Assembly: GCF_001194135.2 (NCBI RefSeq) | Contig: NC_068983.1 | Location: 166,450,100 to 166,495,001, forward strand | Direction: 5' to 3' | From: Octopus bimaculoides | Lineage: Eukaryota | DNA: 44,902 nucleotides | Shown here: positions 38,066 to 44,902 of the stretch, in pieces | Layout of the letters: the number at the start of each line of letters is the position of its first letter | How positions within the stretch are numbered: position 1 is the stretch's first letter | Program-made: the position numbers and the translations under genes | The notes under the pieces: generated by a model | What the model saw: the letters and a program-made list of their open reading frames with translations, nothing else | What the model was told of the DNA's origin: nothing | Database searches by the model: none

Positions 38066-38309
38066 TGAACATCATCATCATTATCATTATTCAACATCCG
38101 TTGTCCATGCTGGTATGAGTTTGACCGATGGACCATGGCTGGCAAGCTGGAAGGCTGCACCAGACTGATTTGGCATGGTTTTTTATGGCTGGTTGCCCTT
38201 CCTAATGCCAACCTCTCCCAAAGTGTAATAGGTGCTTTTGTGTGCCACCAGTACGGGTGCCATTTGTGTGACACTGTTATCTGCCACGACACACACACAC
38301 AGGTTCAGG

Positions 38310-38549
38310 TGCAGTTGTGTAATAAGAAGTTTGCTCCCCAACCACATGATTCTGGGTTCAGTACCACTGTGTGGTACTTAGGGCAAGTGTCTTCTACTAT
38401 AGCTTCAGGTCAACCAAATCCTTGTGAGTGGATTTGGTTGACAGAAACTAAAAGAAGCCTAGTGTGTGTGTGTATTAAGAGCATGTGCATTTGGAAACGT
38501 TAAATGAAAGCACTCACACACTAGAAAAAAACTTCTTCCCAAAGACTTT

Positions 38550-38585
<36 letters not shown>

Positions 38586-39210
38586 CATACATACATACAT
38601 GGTAGTTGTCTACTCCCTATGCAGAGCCTGACCACCTCTTGTACCTACACCTTAGATCCATCATTGCATCTGATGTGGCTTTTTAAACCAGACAATGTTC
38701 TGAAAAGACACCCACATAGATTGCATATCTGATTTGGACTACCAAAAGCTGCAGATAAATTCTGATCTTTGTGGATCTTAAAATGTCTTTTGAGGCCTCC
38801 GTTAGATTTGCAGACCTTATGGCATACACGGCATTGTAAGGTGTGCACAGATAGAGAGGCAGCGTAGTTAGTGGAGGTTTGTTTTCCATGGGTCCACAAA
38901 TGAGATTTCACTCCAGCAAAAGAAAGGCACAGTCTGTTACAAACTGTGCACACAAAAAGGTCACTGAGATTCATCTTCTCAATTGCAATGTGCATATATG
39001 CCTTTCTGTCTATGTTTGTCTCCCATCACCGCTTGAGTACTGGTGTTGGTGTGTTTGTATCCCTGTAACTTAGCAGTTCAGCAAAAGAGACCGATAGAAT
39101 AAGTATCGGGCTTTAAAAAAATAAGTCTTGGGGTCAATTCATTCAACTAACATTCTTCAAGGTGGTGCCCCAGCATGGCCAAAGTCCTGAAACAAGTGAA
39201 AAGATATATA
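38310..39210 (+). mobile_element. SINE family B split in its central microsatellite by a LINE 3' fragment
   Basis: 5' half at 38310-38470 and 3' half at ~38995-39210 (aacttagcagttcagcaaaagagaccgatagaataag...ccagcatggcc). Confidence 0.7.
38581..38990 (-). mobile_element. LINE (probably RTE-type) 3' terminus encoding three C2H2-type zinc fingers, with an (ATGT)n tail
   Basis: ORF 38645-38995: CTVCNRLCLSFAGVKSHLWTH, CRVCHKVCKSNGGLKRHFKIH, CNLCGCLFRTLSGLKSHIRCN. There are no TGEKP linkers. A short 3' UTR is followed by (ATGT)n(AT)n. Confidence 0.65.
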
Positions 39211-39217
39211 CAAAGGC

Positions 39218-39388
39218 TAAACCAAGTGAAAAGGATTCACAGAATTAGTGGAATTAGGATAATACAAAAGGATTACAGCTGTTAAATTGTTTGGAAGAAA
39301 GTAGGCATGCAGAGGCCTGAACAAGCCCCATGGATTTCTAGTGTTGGTGGAGTGACTAAAGCTGGAGAGGAAGAAAACTAGAAGAAAT
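39218..39388 (-). repeat. 171-bp inverted duplication, copy 2
   Basis: Identical in reverse complement to 35763-35933. Confidence 0.95.
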
Positions 39389-39475
39389 TTTGAAGTCACA
39401 GTCAAACCTCTCCTTGTACAAGTTTAATAGACATGGGCTCTACAGAAAAAGTATTGAGTCTAATCTTAACTTGAT

Positions 39476-39853
39476 GTGACTATGTAGTAAGAAGTTTGCT
39501 TCCCAACCACATGGTTCCAGGTTCAATCCCACTGTGTAGCACCTTGTGCAAGTACCTTTTACTATAGTCTCAGACCAACCAAAGCCTTGTGAGTGGATTT
39601 GGTAGACGGAAACTGAAAGAAGCCCATCATATGTATGTATGTATGTATGTGTATATCTATGTGTGTCTGTGTGTTGATGTATTTACATCTCCGTAACTTA
39701 GCGATTCAGCAAAACAGACCGATAGAACAAGTACTAGGCTTAAAAAATAAGTCTTGGGGTTGATCTGTTCAACTAAAATCCTTCAATGCAGTGCTCCAGC
39801 AAGACCATACTCAAATGACCGAAACAAATAAAAGAATAAAAGAATAAAAGAAT
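39476..39853 (+). mobile_element. Near full-length SINE family B
   Basis: Collinear with 32167-32538, with a central (ATGT)n and an (AAAAGAAT)n tail. Confidence 0.88.
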
Positions 39854-42766
39854 GTGTGTGATTGTGTGTTCATATGTTAACAATTCCATAGTGGGAACAG
39901 TGGGAGAGCTGCATTAGTCATTTGAAAAACACAGAGAAACTGTTACATTTACCAGAGTCTATTTCTTAGTATGGTGAGTGGTTTACTATGAAGTGGCAAA
40001 ACATTTTATTGCTTTTGTCACCAACGATTTTGAAATATAATAAAACGTTGATATAAAGCATATTCATAAGAGTGAAACACTATGGACTCGTACATTTTTG
40101 TATCAGCAGACTTGCTTTACTAAGCCACAGTAAATGTATTTGTTGAGGTTATATATAAAGCACACTACAAATGAATTCCTTTGAAATGATAAGGACAAAC
40201 CAGTGACAAAGATCACCAGTCTTGGAATGATATAATAAGAAAATTCATATCCTAATATATGGAAGTTGAATCGAAATAGAGGCAATGCATAAATTACACA
40301 TGAGTTGGAGTTCAAAATGCTTTCAAAAAATTTAACCCTTTCATTACTATATTTCTTTCGTAATAGACTGCCTTTGTGTTAATTAATTTAAAAAATAATA
40401 ATTTTGTCATTATTAACCCTTTTGATGCAACACCCACTAAGTTTGCCCCTAGTTCTATGATATAAACTTCCTGTTTTAGAGTGACTTTAAATTAAAACTT
40501 GATATCAATTTACATACCAAACACCAGCTAATAACAAAAAATATATAACCATCTTGGAATATTTACCTTAGATCAAAGTTTTATTTCTAATAAAATTTCT
40601 ATCCTCACTATTTCAACACTAACAATAAAAACACCTTTATTCAATGTAGAATACAAAATTTTTTAACAACAACAGTCAAACCAAAAAATAAAATTTTCCA
40701 AATGACACTTAACCTTTTTAGTTACCGAAATGCATTGCTCTTGTTTCAATTAATTCAGAAAAGAATGAAGGATTAACATGCTGACTCCCTCACGTCCTGC
40801 CAGTGGGCTATGGTGGTATGTTAGCAAGTCCCGCACGACCCACCAGCGAGTCATTTTATAATTTCTTTCCTATGGATTTTCTGAGAACTGGAATGCTCCG
40901 ATTGCTTTGATTTGTGCTTTTGCTACACTAAAAGAATAATTTTTTATAGATTTTTAATATTTTTCTTTCATCTTTCTTCTAGTTTCACCATGTAATGAGG
41001 TAAAATAAAAGATTAATAATAGCATATAGTGTAAAAGACACATCACATACAAGTTAGATTCTTGAATTTTGAGTTACTTTTGCACTTGAATCAAAAAAGA
41101 ATTTCAACTTTTACCTATTTTGTAAATATTTCGTTATCACATTTCTATTGAAATAGACTTTGTTTCAATTAATTTTGAAATTAATTAAAAATTTAGTAAA
41201 ATATCTTTGCCATTTTTAAACTGGCATTCAGGGAATTTTGCAGGAAGGTCTTAATTTCACATCACTTTAAAACAAAGAATTTGGTTTCGTAGAACCAGGT
41301 CTCATGTGGTTTGGTATCAAAAGGGTTACATATTGCACCTTTGCATGAAGTATATTTAGAAAAATGTACACTGGGAAAGTAAGGTTGATTGGAACAGAAA
41401 AGATAGCCCTAATCTGAGCAAAGATTGATGTACCTTGGGAGAAAAAATACTTTTAAATTAAATACTTTTGCTTATACAAAGAATTTTTAGCAAATAAATC
41501 ATCTATGCAAGTAACTTCAATGCCAAACAACTCCTGGTATAAATTAAGATTTTTCACCTAAATACTAGTTAACCTGTAATATGTAGCTTATGTGGCCTTA
41601 AATGTGAAACTATATCAAGAACAACCAGCATGGGGTTTCCAACTCAGCTTTTATACCTCTAAAACAAAAAAATTCAATTCTGGCACAAACAAAAAAAAAT
41701 TTAAGAAATGACCCATTGAATGGTGCAAAGTAAATGGGCTGAATATTGGGACATTTTCAAACATTTCCCACAAACACACACATATATGATGGGCTTCTTT
41801 CAGTTTCTATCTACCAAATCCACTTACAAGTCTTTGGTCGGCCCAAGATTATAGGTGCCACAAGGAGACAGAACCCAGACCATGTGATCGGGAAGAAAAC
41901 TTCTTACCACACAGCCATGTCTGCACATATAGAAAATATGGAATGCTTCCTGAATTCCTTCCTTTTTAATATTTTTAATCCAGAATGAATGGCAGCGCCA
42001 TGGCCTTCAAAAGTGTATCAAGGTCAATGTAGTTAGTTTTTCAGCTTGAATTGTTGTCTGTGGAACACTGGGCAGAATGGGAGTAGCAGATGGCTGAGTT
42101 TTAAGAGTAAAGGACTGGTTGAAGTGTCCAGTGAAATATAGTGTGCATGGAAAGAATTGGGTGGTATGTGTCTAGGTGGTTCAGAAGAGGAGAAACCCTT
42201 TGTATTAACAGTAAAAGAGATGAAGAGTACAGCATATCTATGTGCATACAAGCATATCTATATCAATATATATTTAAGTTTGTACAGTGAGTGGCAGAAA
42301 CACTTTCTATATTTTACACAGCCATTGATACAACTCTATTGAAGTTAGGCATATGTTACTGGTGTCTTCATGTAACTAATATCTTACCATTTTTTTTTTT
42401 CTTTTCAATTATTGTCATGGTTCACAATATGTGTTTGCTGTTGGAATGTTTGTCAAGAAAGGTGAATTTGTGAGGTTTTTTTTTTTAGTTGCACCCTGTA
42501 TGTGCGTGCGTGTGTGTGTGTACTTATATACATGTATATATATACAAGAGTGATGATGATGATGATGAAGAGTGCCTCTATATGCATACGTGTATTCATA
42601 AGTCTGTCCTTCAGTTGATATCTTCAAATAAGAGATTGAGCAATATATCCCTTACACACCCAATACTGCTAAGTTACAAAAGAGGCAGCACATAACCTCC
42701 TAAGCAGAACGAGTGCATTAAGAAAGGATAGGAAAATATTAGATTTAGAAGCCCTAAAATTCACTC

Positions 42767-42985
42767 CATGGTGTAGTGGTTAAGAGTTCGAATCTAGGCA
42801 GTGACCTGAATAATAATGATAATAATAACAACATTGGAAAAATACCTTAGGAATTTCGAATCCAGGTTCGAAAATCCCCCAGGACACCTGATGAGGGCTG
42901 GATAGTACATCAGTTGAAAAGTTGTGTTAACAACAAACAAGATGAAGACAAATATCCATCTAATGTAAATAATGCAAATAATATT
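42767..42985 (+). mobile_element. tRNA-headed short element with a CTGATGA...GAAA-containing tail
   Basis: A box tggtgtagtgg and B box gagttcgaatc are abnormally close, implying an internal deletion. Then (AAT)n and gacacCTGATGAgggctg..cagttGAAAagttgtgttaacaac. Confidence 0.6.
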
Positions 42986-43039
42986 GGTTTAGAAGATGTA
43001 CAGGACATTTCATTAAACCCACTTGTTATCAGCTTTCTC

Positions 43040-43267
<228 letters not shown>

Positions 43268-43750
43268 CCAGAAGAACTAGCTAAGTAATGAAACTGAAAC
43301 AATGTAGCAGTATTCTTCTTTGTGAAATGGCAAATCAACCAGTAAATGATTTTTCAAACACACAAAAAAAACAAAATATTCCATAAAGAAATACAAAACT
43401 ATTAAAAGCATCATTACTATTGGTTTCAGCAATGCCTTCAAACTGAAGTTATTTAGATCATCCAAAAATTAATTATCAATTATTAATAACCCATTAAGAG
43501 AATATGCCTTGAATAATTTTCAAGGCGATTAAAGAGAACAGGTTTAGCGTTTTCCCAAGTAGAAACCAATTCCAATTGAACACATCAGAATTAGATGTGA
43601 TCTGAACTGGAAAAGATACAACTAACCTCATGGCAGGGATTGCATCAGCTTCATTCACTCAGCTCTAAATCTTTTAACACAGAATTTTTCATCAAGACAA
43701 AAAAGATAAATCATAAAAATTATAAAAAATGGAGGGAGAAAACTCAAAAT

Positions 43751-43832
43751 GTTGCTTTGGTATAATGGTAGAACATCTATCATATTTACAGAAAATGTGG
43801 GTTCGTGTCCCATGCAGAGTCTTTGACTTTTT
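43751..43832 (+). pseudogene. Degenerate tRNA-like Pol III unit (tRNA pseudogene or solo SINE head)
   Basis: D arm gtat/gaac with loop aatggta; anticodon arm tctat/acaga with 7-nt loop catattt; 4-nt variable loop; T arm gtggg/cccat with loop ttcgtgt. The acceptor stem is poorly paired. A T5 run lies at 43828-43832. Confidence 0.5.
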
Positions 43833-44244
43833 CCATCTTATAATAACATTTGAGAAACTTCAAGAGAAAATGTCAAAGCCAATATTTTGAAACTAATCAT
43901 AAAATTAAACTTAAGTTGTAATGAGGGGGTTGATCCTTTATATATAGCAATTAAAAATAAGCAGTTGAATTTTTTCCTTATTTAAGAAAAAAGTAATAAA
44001 TCATTTCCAGCTCTGAATAAAAATTTTCTTGTAAATAAGTTATATTTGGGTTACATTTGTAACCTGATTAAAGATTTCAGTTTTAAAATGAAATAGATTT
44101 TAAACATATTTCATTTCTACTTTAAAAAGCAATGAAAATACCCAAAAGAATATTGAAAGAGTGTAAATTATGAGAATAAACAAGTTTAACTTGGAAGCTA
44201 CAACTGCTTATAATAACCACCACATTGTGTGGTGTAGCACTCAC

Positions 44245-44335
44245 CTCAAACGAAATAGCTTTCATTTCAACTTGTCCTGTGGCAACTGTAATTACATACG
44301 ATGTCATACCAGTTACTTTTAACTTCAGTTGGTAT
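44245..44335 (-). CDS. Candidate coding exon ((R)YQLKLKVTGMTSYVITVATGQVEMKAISFE), product unknown
   Basis: Perfect donor GAG|gtgagt. The acceptor ...ctaatag| is preceded by tactaat branch-like motifs. Only one of three frames is open through the 91 nt. Confidence 0.5.
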
Positions 44336-44568
44336 CTATTAGTATTGCTTGAAGTATTAGTAATATAATACACACACACACAAATATATACATTAATGTT
44401 TGTTTTTATGTCAGGTTATAATAAAAACAATTTATCATTAAACTGGACAGTCCAATGAAGGTTGGTAGATCAAAACTTTAAAAAATCACGGTCACTCATC
44501 TTCTTGTAAAAGTATTAAATATATATATCGACTGCTATTTTCAGTAAACATTAGTGAATTGTTGTACC

Positions 44569-44572
<4 letters not shown>

Positions 44573-44664
<92 letters not shown>
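44573..44664. repeat. (CT)n-(GATA)n microsatellite
   Basis: Read directly from the sequence. Confidence 0.97.
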
Positions 44665-44665
<1 letters not shown>

Positions 44666-44902
44666 TCAGGTGAATATGGTACTTAAGTTTAGGCACCAGA
44701 ATTTAGTACGGTGTTATCCATACAATTTCAAAGTAAGGTGATTAAAATCAAAATAAGCAACAAGGATATCCAGAGGTAATGCAGTACGATCGTTTCATGC
44801 AACTCCATTTAATTGAACAATGTAATCATTACATCAATTTAAAAATGCAGAGCAATCCTCAGCTGCACAAAGACATAGAATTTAATTAAATTAGAACAGA
44901 TG

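Noticed and set aside
38645-38995. Host C2H2 zinc-finger gene of the octopus ZNF expansion
   Set aside because: There are no TGEKP linkers, no credible start or splice context, a microsatellite tail right after the stop, and a position inside a split SINE. All of these favour a LINE 3' end.
42000-42250. GC-richer segment with strong-looking plus-strand splice sites
   Set aside because: All three frames have stops. Fragments such as SEI*CAWKEL suggest a decayed LINE reverse-transcriptase piece.

Overview
AT-rich, microsatellite-dense eukaryotic genomic DNA. There are no bacterial-type operons, rRNA genes or CRISPR arrays. The repeat families (tRNA-headed SINEs, RTE-LINE 3' ends with (GAT)n tails, TTAA-flanked MITEs, a mariner relic) resemble from memory those of octopus (coleoid cephalopod), but this is recognition and not a database result. 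Almost all ORFs in the supplied track are artefacts of repeats or microsatellites. The window looks mostly intronic. A few minus-strand splice-site-bounded segments (1-8, 13579-13623, 13843-13971, 44245-44335 and weaker ones) and an A-rich plus strand suggest one or more minus-strand host genes that I could not name. A CpG-retaining zone (~26.9-29.7 kb) carries an NRF1-type motif and a candidate first exon, so it is probably an unmethylated promoter or intergenic gap. The most notable observations are: a perfect 171-bp inverted duplication 3.3 kb apart (35763-35933 / 39218-39388); a MITE nested into a copy of its own family at TTAA; several closely spaced inverted SINE/LINE pairs that could form dsRNA; a LINE 3' end encoding three C2H2-type fingers; a 22-bp hairpin that is fully paired only on the minus strand; a hammerhead-like core in a SINE tail; and a degenerate tRNA-like Pol III unit. 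I found no firm evidence for a wholly new biological system.
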